Source: an uncultured delta proteobacterium (GTDB taxonomy: Bacteria; Myxococcota_A; Polyangia; Polyangiales; Polyangiaceae). Taken from it: a stretch of DNA of 64,000 nt. Position 1 is the first letter of the stretch. The number at the start of each line of letters is the position of its first letter. The stretch is taken from NCBI GenBank assembly GCA_963716725.1, contig CAVQUB010000022.1:71884-135883 (forward strand), given 5' to 3'. This document shows positions 10,819 to 21,257 of this stretch, one piece after another. Below the pieces are notes generated by a model that saw only the letters and a list, made by a program, of their open reading frames with translations, made no database searches and had not been told where the DNA came from. The position numbers were made by a program, and so were the translations under genes.

Positions 10819-11889
10819 GTGCCCGACAAGAAGAAGATCGCAATCATCGGGGGAGATGGCATCGGACCGGAGGTGACCCGGGAGGCGACACGGCTCCTCG
10901 AGCAGTACGCCGACCGTGGTCTGCCGATTCAGCTCTGGCAACTCGACCTCGGCGCCGAACGCTTCTTGCGCGACGGCACCACCATGCCGAAAGAGATCTT
11001 CATTGCGATTCAGCGCGAGTGCTCGGCCGTCCTGCTCGGCGCGCTTGGCGATCCGCGGGTGCCCAGCATGGAGCACGCTCGCGACATCCTGTTCGGGCTG
11101 CGCTTCGGGCTGGACCTCTACGCCAACATCCGGCCAGTGAAGGCCCTCGAGGATCGGCTGGTTCCGCTCAAGGGGCGTGGGAAGAAGGACGTGAACTTCG
11201 TCGTGTTCCGGGAAAACACCGAGGGCATCTATGTCGGCGTCGGCGGACAGGTGAAGCGAGGGACTCCCGACGAGATCGCGATCAACGAGGACGTGAATAC
11301 GCGCAAGGGCGTGGAGCGCATCATCCGCGCAGCCTTCGAGTTCACCAAAGCACAGGGTCGTAAGCGCGTGCACATGGCCGACAAGTCGAACGCCATGCGG
11401 CATGCGCACGAGCTCTGGCTGCGGGTTTTCGACGAGGTTCGCCGGGAATACCCGGAGATCCAGGCGACTCATGTCTACATCGACGCGCTCTGCCTCTACA
11501 TGGTCCAAGACCCGAGCCAGTTCGACGTCGTGGTCACCAACAACCTCTTTGGCGACATCGTCACCGATCTCGGCGCTGCGTTCCAAGGTGGGCTGGGCAT
11601 GGCGGCGAGCGCCAATGTGCACCCCGCGATCCCGGGTCGGGTCGGCCTCTTCGAGCCGGTTCACGGATCGGCGCCGCCGCTGGCGGGCAAGAACGTCGCC
11701 AACCCCTTCGCGGCGCTTCTGACCGTCGGCATGCTGCTCTCCCACCTCGGATGGCCGGACGAAGAGCGGCGGATCGAGGCGGCCGTTTCGGACGCGCTCG
11801 AGGCCGGCAAGTGCACCGCGGACGTCGGCGGCTCGCTGAGCACCGATGCGGCGGCGGCGGCGGTCATCGAGCGCCTGAGAGCGGGCTGA
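10819..11889 (+). CDS. leuB: isocitrate/isopropylmalate dehydrogenase family protein, probably 3-isopropylmalate dehydrogenase
   Basis: GDGIGPEV, RENTEGIY, NLFGDIVTDL, EPVHGSAP. Substrate not certain. Confidence 0.7.
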   Translation: MPDKKKIAIIGGDGIGPEVTREATRLLEQYADRGLPIQLWQLDLGAERFLRDGTTMPKEIFIAIQRECSAVLLGALGDPRVPSMEHARDILFGLRFGLDLYANIRPVKALEDRLVPLKGRGKKDVNFVVFRENTEGIYVGVGGQVKRGTPDEIAINEDVNTRKGVERIIRAAFEFTKAQGRKRVHMADKSNAMRHAHELWLRVFDEVRREYPEIQATHVYIDALCLYMVQDPSQFDVVVTNNLFGDIVTDLGAAFQGGLGMAASANVHPAIPGRVGLFEPVHGSAPPLAGKNVANPFAALLTVGMLLSHLGWPDEERRIEAAVSDALEAGKCTADVGGSLSTDAAAAAVIERLRAG

Positions 11890-11956
11890 GCGCGGCGCTG
11901 GGGCACGAGGATCCGAAAAATGGGGCTTTTCTCCGGCCTGTGTTAGGCCCGGGGCG

Positions 11957-14900
11957 ATGATCGAGGTCGAGGGCGCCGCCCTGCCGTCTGCGCACACCCG
12001 GATTTCTCGAGCGAGATCCGAGTTCGTGGGCACGCTCGGCCGGCGCTTGACGGCGCTTCGGAACACGCTCCAGCAGCTCGAAGACGATCCCAGCGCTCGG
12101 GAGCGCCGGGACATGCTGCTCCGCCGGGTGCACGCCCTCGGATCCGCTGCCCGGGTCCTGGGATTCGATGGGGTCGCCGAGGCGCTCGGAGGCGCAGAGC
12201 GCGCGCTCGGGCGGAGCGCCGGCGGTGGGCCGGTTTCGTCAACCGACTTGGCCGAAGTCTCCCGCGCGCTCGATGTCCTGCCGTCGGTTGCGTGGGGGGC
12301 GAAGCCGCCGACGAGCGTCAGCGAGCTTCCGGACGAGGACGTGCTTTTGACCGGGGGCTGGCCGCTCTGCATCTTGGCCTTCGGACCGCCGGCGCTGGGC
12401 ACCTCGCTCTCGGCGGCCGAAGACGAGCTGGTCGAGGTCGAACTCGCGGCGGATCCGGAGACCTTCCGGGACCTGGCCGAGCGGGTGGGGCCCGATGTTG
12501 CGGTCCTCGACGGCGATCTGCGAGAAACGCGGGAAATCATCGATAATCTCGCCCACGATCCGAACCTGCCTTCCTTTCCGGTGATCGTCGTCGGATCCTT
12601 CGATCATCCCGAGGCAGCGACGGCCTTCGTCTCCCTCGGAGCGTCCCGGGTATTGCCGAAACCCGTGGGACCCGAGGCGCTCTGGCGCGCCGTGCTCGAG
12701 GTGAGTCAGCAGTCGACGGGCCTCCGGGCGCCCCGGGAGCCCATCGGCGACGTCACCGTCGATGAGCTTGCTCAACGCATTGCGGCCGAGGTGCGCCGCG
12801 GCCTGGTCGACGGTGTGGATCCCGCGAGCGCCAACGTGAGCGTTCCGCTCGGCGACGGCACGGACGCGCTGGCCGCGGTGTGGGGTGCGGTCGCGCGCGT
12901 GCGCGAGCTGTTGACCATGCGCTCCCGCGGCGCCGTCAGATTCACTTCCGGAGGGCCCGAAGGCGCGGTGCCGCTCGCACCGTGGACGGGGTCGGAGCGT
13001 CGCGCCGGTGAACGCGGTGGAGCGCTGCGGCGCAGCGATGGAGTCCGCCTCGAGGGGCGCCGCGCCGTGGTCGTGGACGATGACCCCGCCGTGGTCTGGT
13101 TCCTGAGCGGCTTGCTGCGCACCTCGGGCGTCGAGGTTGCAGAGGCGCACGACGGCCTCGCGGCGCGCCAATTGGTCCTCGAGACGATGCCGGATCTGGT
13201 CGTGAGCGACGTGCTCATGCCAGGACTCGACGGCTTCTCGCTCTGCCGAGACATCAAGGGCGACGTGGCGGTCCGCGACGTGCCCGTCATCCTCTTGTCG
13301 TGGAAGGAAGACCTGCTCCAGCGGGTTCGCGAGCTCGGTGTCGGCGCGGACGGCTACCTCCGCAAGGAAGCGGCCGCTTCGACGGTGCTCTCGCGGATCC
13401 GTGAAGTGATGCGCCCGCGGGCACGGGTGGAAACCCGGCTGGCCGCCGGAGGGGAGGTGCGCGGTCGACTGGACGGCCTGACCACCCGCACCTTGCTCGA
13501 GATCGCGCGGCGCCACCAGCCTGACTCGCGCATCGTCGTGCGGGACTCGGTGTATTTGTACGAGCTCGAAATGCGCGGGGGACGCTTGATGTGCATCACC
13601 CGCACCGCAGCGGATGGCTCCTTCGAGCGCGGCGCGCGGGTCCTCGACGCCCTGATTGGCGTCAGCGCCGGCCGGTTCGTGGTGACCCCGAGCACGACCC
13701 ACACGCGAGAGGATCTCACCGGCTCTCTCGAGGAGTTGCTCAAGCCGAGAATTCGCCGCGCGCGCGCCCTCGGCGCCCTATTTCAAGGGAGCGCGCTCGA
13801 CCAGATCGACTCGGTGCTCATCGACGTCGACACCGTGGGCGCTTACCTCGACGCGACGCCCGAGCCTGCGCGCGCGCTCTTCGCCCGGCTGCTCGAAGGC
13901 GTGAGCCCGAGCGTGATCCTGGACGACAACCCCAAGCAACGCTTCTTCTTGGAGCAGGTCCTGGCCGACATCGCGAGGCGCGGGGCGGTGGTGGAGGTCG
14001 TGCGCGCAGGGCAGGTCGTGGATCTCGACGAAGTCCCAGCGCCCGAGCCTGTGGGATCCGCCGACGAGTCTCCGCCGCCTTTGTTCACGCTGGAGCTGTC
14101 CCCAGCGCCGCCCGACGTCGGGAATGCGGTTGAACGCTGGGAGAAACCCGAGGTCGAGGTGCGCGAGGCTTCGGAGCCACTGCCCCTCAGCAAATCCGTC
14201 ACACCCGCGCCGACCGCGGACTCGGCACCGGATGGGGGCTTTCCCTTCGAGCCCGGCACCCAGCCAGGGATGGGCCCGGCGCTTCGGCTGGCGCTCAGTG
14301 AAGACGAGGGAGAGGAAGCGGAGCCGGATGCGGGATCCGAAGCGCCGAGTCCGAGGCCCGCCACGCCCGAACCCGTGGCAGCAGAGGGACCGAAGGAACC
14401 TGAGTCCGAAGTAGAAACCGGAGGAAAGATGTCAGCTGAACCCGCCCTCGAAACGGCACGCTCTGGAGGTCTCGGCCTCGCCCCGGTGGGCGATGACGAT
14501 GACGACGACGACGATGTCGCGATTGCGCTGGTGAGTCAGCGTGAGACTCAGACTCCGGAGACCCTGAGAGTCGAGCCATCGCCACGGGCCGTCCGTGCGA
14601 GCGCTGCGCCGACGCGCGCCGACGCGCTGCCCTCCGCACGCCCCATCGCATTTCCCCGAAAGAAGCCCGGCGTGGGTAAACCGAGCTCGCCCGCGCCGGC
14701 CGCGGCGAAGGAAGACAAGCCGCTCGGCCTGGCAAAGACCCTGCTCTTGATGGCGGGCGCTGGCGCGCTGGCTTTTGGCGGCATCACCTTGCTCCGGACC
14801 CACGTGCTCGCTCCGCCGGCGGACACGGCGGCGGAGGCGGCGCCGGCTCCAAGCGCGACTCCGATCGCCGCGAAGGCAGCGCCGGCGACGCCCAACGAAC

Positions 14901-15148
14901 TCACCGTTACCGAGCAGGGCATCGAGGTGGGTACCCACGTGTCGAGCGACAAAGGCGTCATCGACGTCAACTTCGGAGAAAACCACCCGGTGTACGTCGA
15001 CGGCACCTTCGTGGGTCGAGGGCGCCGCAAGGTGCCCGTCGCTCCCGGGCCCCATCAGGTCGTGGTCAAGGCGCCGAGCGGCGACTTGACCGTTCCGGTC
15101 GACGTGAAGGTTGGGCGCCGGTTCCTGGTCGCGCCCCCGCCCCAGTGA
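11957..15148 (+). CDS. membrane-anchored multidomain response regulator (Hpt-like, degenerate REC, REC, DUF4388-like, Pro/acidic linker, TM, PEGA-like)
   Basis: VHALGSAARVLGF; VVDDD...SDVLMPGLDG...YLRK; TM LLLMAGAGALAFGGITLL; VYVDGTFVG...VAPGPHQV. Confidence 0.7.
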   Translation: MIEVEGAALPSAHTRISRARSEFVGTLGRRLTALRNTLQQLEDDPSARERRDMLLRRVHALGSAARVLGFDGVAEALGGAERALGRSAGGGPVSSTDLAEVSRALDVLPSVAWGAKPPTSVSELPDEDVLLTGGWPLCILAFGPPALGTSLSAAEDELVEVELAADPETFRDLAERVGPDVAVLDGDLRETREIIDNLAHDPNLPSFPVIVVGSFDHPEAATAFVSLGASRVLPKPVGPEALWRAVLEVSQQSTGLRAPREPIGDVTVDELAQRIAAEVRRGLVDGVDPASANVSVPLGDGTDALAAVWGAVARVRELLTMRSRGAVRFTSGGPEGAVPLAPWTGSERRAGERGGALRRSDGVRLEGRRAVVVDDDPAVVWFLSGLLRTSGVEVAEAHDGLAARQLVLETMPDLVVSDVLMPGLDGFSLCRDIKGDVAVRDVPVILLSWKEDLLQRVRELGVGADGYLRKEAAASTVLSRIREVMRPRARVETRLAAGGEVRGRLDGLTTRTLLEIARRHQPDSRIVVRDSVYLYELEMRGGRLMCITRTAADGSFERGARVLDALIGVSAGRFVVTPSTTHTREDLTGSLEELLKPRIRRARALGALFQGSALDQIDSVLIDVDTVGAYLDATPEPARALFARLLEGVSPSVILDDNPKQRFFLEQVLADIARRGAVVEVVRAGQVVDLDEVPAPEPVGSADESPPPLFTLELSPAPPDVGNAVERWEKPEVEVREASEPLPLSKSVTPAPTADSAPDGGFPFEPGTQPGMGPALRLALSEDEGEEAEPDAGSEAPSPRPATPEPVAAEGPKEPESEVETGGKMSAEPALETARSGGLGLAPVGDDDDDDDDVAIALVSQRETQTPETLRVEPSPRAVRASAAPTRADALPSARPIAFPRKKPGVGKPSSPAPAAAKEDKPLGLAKTLLLMAGAGALAFGGITLLRTHVLAPPADTAAEAAPAPSATPIAAKAAPATPNELTVTEQGIEVGTHVSSDKGVIDVNFGENHPVYVDGTFVGRGRRKVPVAPGPHQVVVKAPSGDLTVPVDVKVGRRFLVAPPPQ

Positions 15149-15185
15149 TGGTGCCCCGACGGAGGTTTCGGGGTATGCGACGTCG

Positions 15186-17459
15186 GTGACCCCGCGACAG
15201 GCAACTGGGCTCGCCGTCGCGGCGCTGCTCGCGGCGTGTGACCCGAAGACGCCCGATTCGCCCCCGGGAATCGCCCCTTCGCCATCGTCCAGCGCTGTCG
15301 CTGACGAAAGGCCGGCCTCGCTCCGCGAGAAGGTGGGGCTGATCGAACAACTGCCGAACTGCGAGGTTCGCCACCACGGCTTCCTCTTGGATCTCGGCGT
15401 CGGCGCCGCCCAGGCGCGGCGAGGCTTCAGAATCGAGCCGGGGGAGGGCGAGGTCGACGCGGAGCGCGAAGGGTCCACGGTTACGCGGGTGAGCATCCCG
15501 CGCGTGAGCTACGAGGTGCCGGTCGACGCAGACCAGAAGGAGACGGAGCTGAGCCTTCGTGTGCGCGGCGGAGCCGCGCGGTCGGTGACCGCCATCCTCG
15601 GTGAGCGACGGCTCGGCACCCTCAGGCTGAGCGCAGACGAGACCCGTACGCTGGCCTTTCCCGTGCTGAAGACCGCCCTCGCCGCCGGCCGCACCACCGT
15701 GACATTGATCTTCTCCGGGCGCAGCCGGGGCTCCCGGGAGGCGCTGGCGGAGATCGACTGGATCCGCGTCGGTCCGCCCGACGAGAACCTCGCGAGCTAC
15801 GCGGCTCCGACGCTCCGCGACCTGACTACAGATGCGGTCCTCGATGGCGTGCCACGGCGCGCGATCGCGCTGCGCGCGCCGGCTTCAATCCGGTGTCGGG
15901 TCTTTGCTACGCCGAATTCGGAGTTTCGGACCGACCTTGGCTTCTGGGGAGACGGTCGCGGTGCGCTGGACGTGCGGGTGCTCTCGGACGGCGAAGCGCC
16001 GGCGCTGCTGGCGGAACGCAGAGTGACCGGTGGGACTGGCGCGACCTGGACCCCGCTGACCATCGATCTGAAGGACCACGCCTCACGAATGGTCATGATC
16101 GAGCTTCGTGCGGTGGAGACCAGCAAAGGCGGGCGAGTCTTGTTTGGCGATCCGGTGATCACCCGGACCCGAGAGTCCACGCACGTTCCCGCGGCGTCCA
16201 CCGTGGTCCTGTTCGTCTCCGCGGGCACCGACCGTCGCAGCGTACCGCCCTGGGGTCCGACGGGCGCGCTCAGCACCGTGGGTGGCCTGATCCGCGAGGG
16301 CGTGTCCTTTTCTCATTACCGGGTGCCAACCACGGTGCCCGCTTCCGTGGTCGCCACCTTGATCACGGGTGAAGCGCCCGCGGTCCACTCTCTCGAAGAC
16401 CCGGCCGCGCGGCTCCCCGCGGCGGCGCGCACCCTGGCCGAGCTGCTCAAAGAGGCCAGCGGCCGGGCCGCAATGTTCACGGCCGCGCCCACCACGTCCG
16501 CGGCATTTGGCTTCGACGCGGGCTGGGATCGCTTCGTGCAGATCTCGCCCGTGCAAGACATCGAGGCCACGCAGCCCATCACCGCCGCGGCGCGCTGGCT
16601 CGATGACGAGTTGCGAGCGGAGAACACCGGACGGCGGCTGCTCGTGATCCACGCCCGCGGCGCGCACCCGCCGTGGGACATCAGCCGCGAGGAGGCGGCG
16701 CAGCTCCCGCCCGAGGAATACGGCGGCGCCATCGAGCCGCGGCGCGGGGGCATCGCGCTCGCCCGCCTGCGCACCCAACGACGAGGGCAGAAGAGAAAGC
16801 TCGACGACGCCGATTGGGTTCGGCTCCGGGCGCTGGAGCACGCCGCACTCGTGAAGCAGGACGTCGCGTTGGGACAACTCGTGGCGGTGCTCAAGAAGAA
16901 GGGCATTTGGGACTCGACGCTGTTCGTCTTCGTAGGCGATGTCGCCTCCGGTGAACCCCCCGAGACACCTCATGACCCGGCCGGCGAGCTGGACGAAGAT
17001 CGCTTGCTGGTGCCGCTGCTCGTGAAGTTCCCGATGGGGAAATTCGCGGCAAAAGAGGTGCACACACCCGTGTCGACCGAAGACGTCGCCGTCACCATTC
17101 TGCGCGCTTTGGAGCTCCAAAGCAGCGCTCCCGGTGCGGATTTGTACGCCGCAGCCGATGGAGTCGAACCTCTCGTCGGTCGCGGTCTCGTGGCGGCGCT
17201 CGGCGATCGCTACACGACGCGGTTCGGACCGTGGCTGCTGCGCGGGAGGCAGAGCAAGACGCCGACGCTCTGCCGCCTCGACGTCGACCCCGCCTGCGTC
17301 AACGACGTCTTTTCCGAGAACCCCATCGCCGGCTGGGCCGCGTGGCAGTCCACCTACGACTTCTTCGCTTCGGCGTCGACCCGTCGACTCGCCCCCCGCG
17401 AGCCCGCCAGCATCGATCCGGATACCGGCGCGGCGCTCACGGTTTGGGGTGACATCTGA
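15186..17459 (+). CDS. sulfatase/alkaline-phosphatase-fold lipoprotein
   Basis: Lipobox LLAAC; C-terminal half has sulfatase-fold elements (ATLITG, FGFDAGWD, HPPW, VPLLVKFP). Confidence 0.65.
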   Translation: MTPRQATGLAVAALLAACDPKTPDSPPGIAPSPSSSAVADERPASLREKVGLIEQLPNCEVRHHGFLLDLGVGAAQARRGFRIEPGEGEVDAEREGSTVTRVSIPRVSYEVPVDADQKETELSLRVRGGAARSVTAILGERRLGTLRLSADETRTLAFPVLKTALAAGRTTVTLIFSGRSRGSREALAEIDWIRVGPPDENLASYAAPTLRDLTTDAVLDGVPRRAIALRAPASIRCRVFATPNSEFRTDLGFWGDGRGALDVRVLSDGEAPALLAERRVTGGTGATWTPLTIDLKDHASRMVMIELRAVETSKGGRVLFGDPVITRTRESTHVPAASTVVLFVSAGTDRRSVPPWGPTGALSTVGGLIREGVSFSHYRVPTTVPASVVATLITGEAPAVHSLEDPAARLPAAARTLAELLKEASGRAAMFTAAPTTSAAFGFDAGWDRFVQISPVQDIEATQPITAAARWLDDELRAENTGRRLLVIHARGAHPPWDISREEAAQLPPEEYGGAIEPRRGGIALARLRTQRRGQKRKLDDADWVRLRALEHAALVKQDVALGQLVAVLKKKGIWDSTLFVFVGDVASGEPPETPHDPAGELDEDRLLVPLLVKFPMGKFAAKEVHTPVSTEDVAVTILRALELQSSAPGADLYAAADGVEPLVGRGLVAALGDRYTTRFGPWLLRGRQSKTPTLCRLDVDPACVNDVFSENPIAGWAAWQSTYDFFASASTRRLAPREPASIDPDTGAALTVWGDI

Positions 17460-19610
17460 TCAGGGCTGGACCCAGATGGGATTCGTGAAGGCGAAGGGAG
17501 TGGTGCCGTCGCGGGCCGCGTTCGGAAGGCCGCGCTCGCCCTGGGCCGTCACGACGAAGAAGGTCGGCGCTGTGACGGGCAGGTCGAAGGTGCGCTCGAA
17601 GCGCAACGGCCGCCGGCTCTTGGGGATCTGCTGCCAGATCACGCGCTTGGCCCCCCCGCCCTCGAGAATCTCGACCGCGCGCACGTCGATCCATGGCGCC
17701 GCCCGCACCACCACGCGGAGCCGTGCGCGCTTGCCGCGCGCGGTCTCGCCGGGGCCCTTGCCGTCGATGCTCGCTTCGATGATGGGCCCGCTGGTCACGG
17801 TGGCACGCCCGGCTTTGAGCGCGGCCAGCACCGCGCTCTGCTTGGCGGAGGGGTCGTCGCGGTCGGATTTCGCGCTGCCGTAGCGGATCATGGTTCGCGG
17901 CAGACCCGGGTCGAGGAACGCCAAGCTGTGTGAATCACTGCTGCCCGTCGCGGCGTAGCGGTGCCCGCGGCCGAGCAGGTGCATCCAGTCGAAGAGCACC
18001 TTCTTGACCGCCTTGAGGTTCCACGCGTCGTCCCCGTTGTAGACCTCGAGGGTGTCGAAGGCGGGATCGTAGCCGGCGACGCGCATCTCGCCCGTGGCGT
18101 CGTTGACGCCGTGATAGGTGAAGTACCCGAGGTTCGGCGCGAGGCGCGGGTGATTCACCTGCAAAACGCCGCCCGGCGACGCTTTGCGAGCGTCCGCAAA
18201 CAGCTCGCTCGGCGTGACGTCGCGATAGCGCACGTTGCTGCCCGGCTTCAGCGGGAACACGTTGAAGTGCCCGAAGCGGCGGCCGAGCGTGCTCACTTCG
18301 CTGCCCGCGACGGTCTGCACCGGGCTCGTGAGCAGCCCCTGTTGCTCGAGCCAGCGAACGGTAGGGCCGAGATCGGTGACGACGTAGTGGTCGGTGGCGA
18401 CCGCGAACTCGACGCCCTCGGCCGCGATGGCCACCACGCGCTCCGGCATGCCGATGTCGGCGTCGACGCTGGCAGCTTGGTGCAGGTGGAGATCGGCGCT
18501 GATCCAACCGGGAGTCTCGATCACCCGCGGGAGCTGGGCGTCGACCCGCAGCTCGGATCCAGGGCGAATTTCCACGGTCTTCGCCACCGCGTCGCGCTCG
18601 ATGCCGGCGGTGACCAGCAGGCGATAGCGGCCGGGTTCGAGGCTGCGGGACGCGCGCCCGTTGCCGGTCCAGAGGAAGCGATCCGAGCCGTCCAGACCAC
18701 CGTCAGGCGGAAAGATCGGCGCCTTCCGACCGTCGCGGTCGAGGCGGATCTTCGCGGCGATAGGCTGATTGCGCTCGTCCGTCGCGACCACGAGCAAGGT
18801 GCCCGGGTTCTTCGGGGGTGCGGGCTCGGCGACTGGGATCTTCTCGAAGGCGAGCTCGCGGGTCACGGTCACGCTCCCTCCGGCGGCGATCTTGCCCCTG
18901 AAGAACACCGCGCTCAGCGCACCCTGGAACCCGGGCTGCTTGGCCGAGGTGTATTCGAGCCACATGGGCTTCCCGCTGCCCGGCCGCAACATCAGATCCC
19001 CGCCCGCACCTCGGCGTCCCACCCATTTGGCGGCGCCCTCGTATTTCATGCGTGGCTGCCCCAGACCCTCCACGTAGTAGCGCGTATTGCCCCACTTGAC
19101 CTCGTCGCCGAGCTCGATGGGGCCCGACGCCGCGTCGCCATCGACGCTGAAGGTGGTCGTCATGCTGAGCCGCGCCTCCCGCGGGTGAAGGCGATGCAGC
19201 GTGCGCGTGCGGTAGCGCACCCCGGAGAGCTCGGCGATGCCCTCGACCTCGATGCCGTCCGAGAGCGTTGACACGCGCTGCGCAAGCACCGGCGCGCTCT
19301 TGTCGCCGAAGCGCACGATGGGGTGGATCTGCCAGATTGCGTCGACGTCGGTGAGCGTGCCGAGCTGGGAGGTGGTCGGCAAAGTTGGGCGATTTCTCCA
19401 GAAATCCACCAGAAATCCGTCCGTGCGTCGGACCACGGCGGTCACGTCGGCGTTCTCGAGCTTGGGATCTCCAGCAGTGCCGAAGACCCGCAGTCGCGAG
19501 CCCACCTCGGCGGCGGTGAGGGATTTCGGGCGTACGCTCCCGACGTCACCCGAGGTGGCCGTGCTCGCGCACAGGAGCAGACCGACGATGAATGGAGCGC
19601 GCCGCGTCAC
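17460..19610 (-). CDS. CehA/McbA-family PHP metallohydrolase, exported
   Basis: ADLHLH, ATDH, GHFN, NHP, SSDSH, AFTNPIWV. Confidence 0.8.
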   Translation of the reverse strand: MTRRAPFIVGLLLCASTATSGDVGSVRPKSLTAAEVGSRLRVFGTAGDPKLENADVTAVVRRTDGFLVDFWRNRPTLPTTSQLGTLTDVDAIWQIHPIVRFGDKSAPVLAQRVSTLSDGIEVEGIAELSGVRYRTRTLHRLHPREARLSMTTTFSVDGDAASGPIELGDEVKWGNTRYYVEGLGQPRMKYEGAAKWVGRRGAGGDLMLRPGSGKPMWLEYTSAKQPGFQGALSAVFFRGKIAAGGSVTVTRELAFEKIPVAEPAPPKNPGTLLVVATDERNQPIAAKIRLDRDGRKAPIFPPDGGLDGSDRFLWTGNGRASRSLEPGRYRLLVTAGIERDAVAKTVEIRPGSELRVDAQLPRVIETPGWISADLHLHQAASVDADIGMPERVVAIAAEGVEFAVATDHYVVTDLGPTVRWLEQQGLLTSPVQTVAGSEVSTLGRRFGHFNVFPLKPGSNVRYRDVTPSELFADARKASPGGVLQVNHPRLAPNLGYFTYHGVNDATGEMRVAGYDPAFDTLEVYNGDDAWNLKAVKKVLFDWMHLLGRGHRYAATGSSDSHSLAFLDPGLPRTMIRYGSAKSDRDDPSAKQSAVLAALKAGRATVTSGPIIEASIDGKGPGETARGKRARLRVVVRAAPWIDVRAVEILEGGGAKRVIWQQIPKSRRPLRFERTFDLPVTAPTFFVVTAQGERGLPNAARDGTTPFAFTNPIWVQP

Positions 19611-21203
19611 TTCCGCGAAGCTTTACAGCAACGGAAGCTCGTCTGCGAGCCAGCGTAGATCTCACTGTGGCTTTCGGTGGCGGCGCGGCAGCGGTTGCGG
19701 CCGGTGAGCCACCATCCGCCGCGCAAAATCGACCGCCAGGGTGGCTGGCGGCTCTCGCGCGAGGTCCACTCGTCCACGTTGCCGACCAGATTGAACACGC
19801 CAAAGGGGCTCTTGCAGCGCGGCAGCGAGTCACCTGCGACGCGCTGATCGCGGAGCTTTGCCCGGGGATCGAAGAGATCTTCCCGATCGTGGTTGCAGGC
19901 GTTGCCGTCGCGCACGTACCCGTAGGGATAGGGCAAAGCCTCGGGCCCTTCGCAGGCAAACTCCCATTCTTCTTCCCGACAAATCCGCTTGTCCATGGCT
20001 CGGCACACGTTCTGCGCCTCGCCCCAGGAGACGTTGACCAGGGGCAGATCCCAGCCCTTCGGCGTGTACTCGTAGCGGTCGATGCAGTAGCGCATCGACT
20101 GCGTCGCGCCCTGGCAGCGCGTTGGTGCAGCGAATTCCGCGCAGGCCCGGCCCGGGGCCTGACCCGGAACCTCGAGCCAGCGCAGGCAGTGCTGTTCGGG
20201 GACCAGACAACGCTTGCCGTCCACCAGCTCCATGTCCGTCGGGCAGGCGGCGTCGGCGGGCTCGTAGGGTGGCGGCGCGGGCTTTGGAGGGAGAGGCGCG
20301 CCCGGATCGGAAAAGGACCGCATGGGGTTCGGTGTGCGGCCTGCTCACGCTGGCTGGCATGACCGCAGGCTCGCGCTCGAGCGTGGCGGCTTCGAGCTCG
20401 TGACAGCAGCGAAAACCGGTGGTGAAGTCGTGGTACGTCTCGTCGTGGCGCTCGGTGACGTAGCTGCAACCGTCGCCGTTCACCTTCGCATCGAGGTAGT
20501 GGCCGCCCATCAGGAGCGGACGCGAACCGCGGGTCCATTCCAGGAGATTTCCCACCAGATCGTGCACGCCTTCGGGCGTCACGCAGCCTTCGAAGGCCGC
20601 CGTCGGCGCCAGGGTCGAGCCGAGCTGGTTGATGCGCGCGTCGTTCATGTTCCACGAGTCCGTCGGTCGACGGCCGTTGTGCAAGGCCATCAGCGGATGC
20701 GCGCCGCCCTGATGCGCGTTGCACGTACCTGGCTGCTCGGTGGCACCGTAGGGAAACCTGCGCTTGGGCTTCTTGGCACCCATGCAGGCGTCGACCCACT
20801 GCGCGGTGGTGCACAGGCGTTTGCCTCCGCGCTTGCAGGCGAGGTCGGCCTCCTCCATCGAGATGTAGGCCTGGGGCACCACCCCGGGGCGGCTCTCGGC
20901 GCTGACCTTCTCGTGGGTCACCGCGTGGTACGGCGAGTGCGCCTTTCCGTCTTCGGCGACGGTGGTCGCCTCCCAACGATCGATGCAGAAGCGCTGATCG
21001 ATCAGCGCCATCTCCGGCGGGCATACCGACCGCGGGGTGCTCGCGCTCGCGGGCACGGTCTCGGGTTCGGGGGCTGGGATCGAAACTGCGACCGGGGTCG
21101 GCTCCGGATCCGCCGCTGGCGACGGCGCTGGATCTGGCGCAAGGCCCCGCTCCGAGCAGGCTCCGAGCAACGCCACCAGGGCTACGAGCAACCAGCGCCT
21201 CAT
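19607..21203 (-). CDS. lipoprotein with two FGE-sulfatase (SUMF1-like) domains (frameshift ~20320)
   Basis: Lipobox LLGAC; two domains of type CPxxM...IDRxE...DLVGNLLEW/NLVGNVDEW...GFRCC/SFRCC, split over ORFs 19830..21203 and 19607..20323. Confidence 0.75.
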
Positions 21204-21257
21204 GCCATCGGAAGTCTCCCTTGCGACGGGGAAAACGACCAGTTTCCAGCCGAGATT

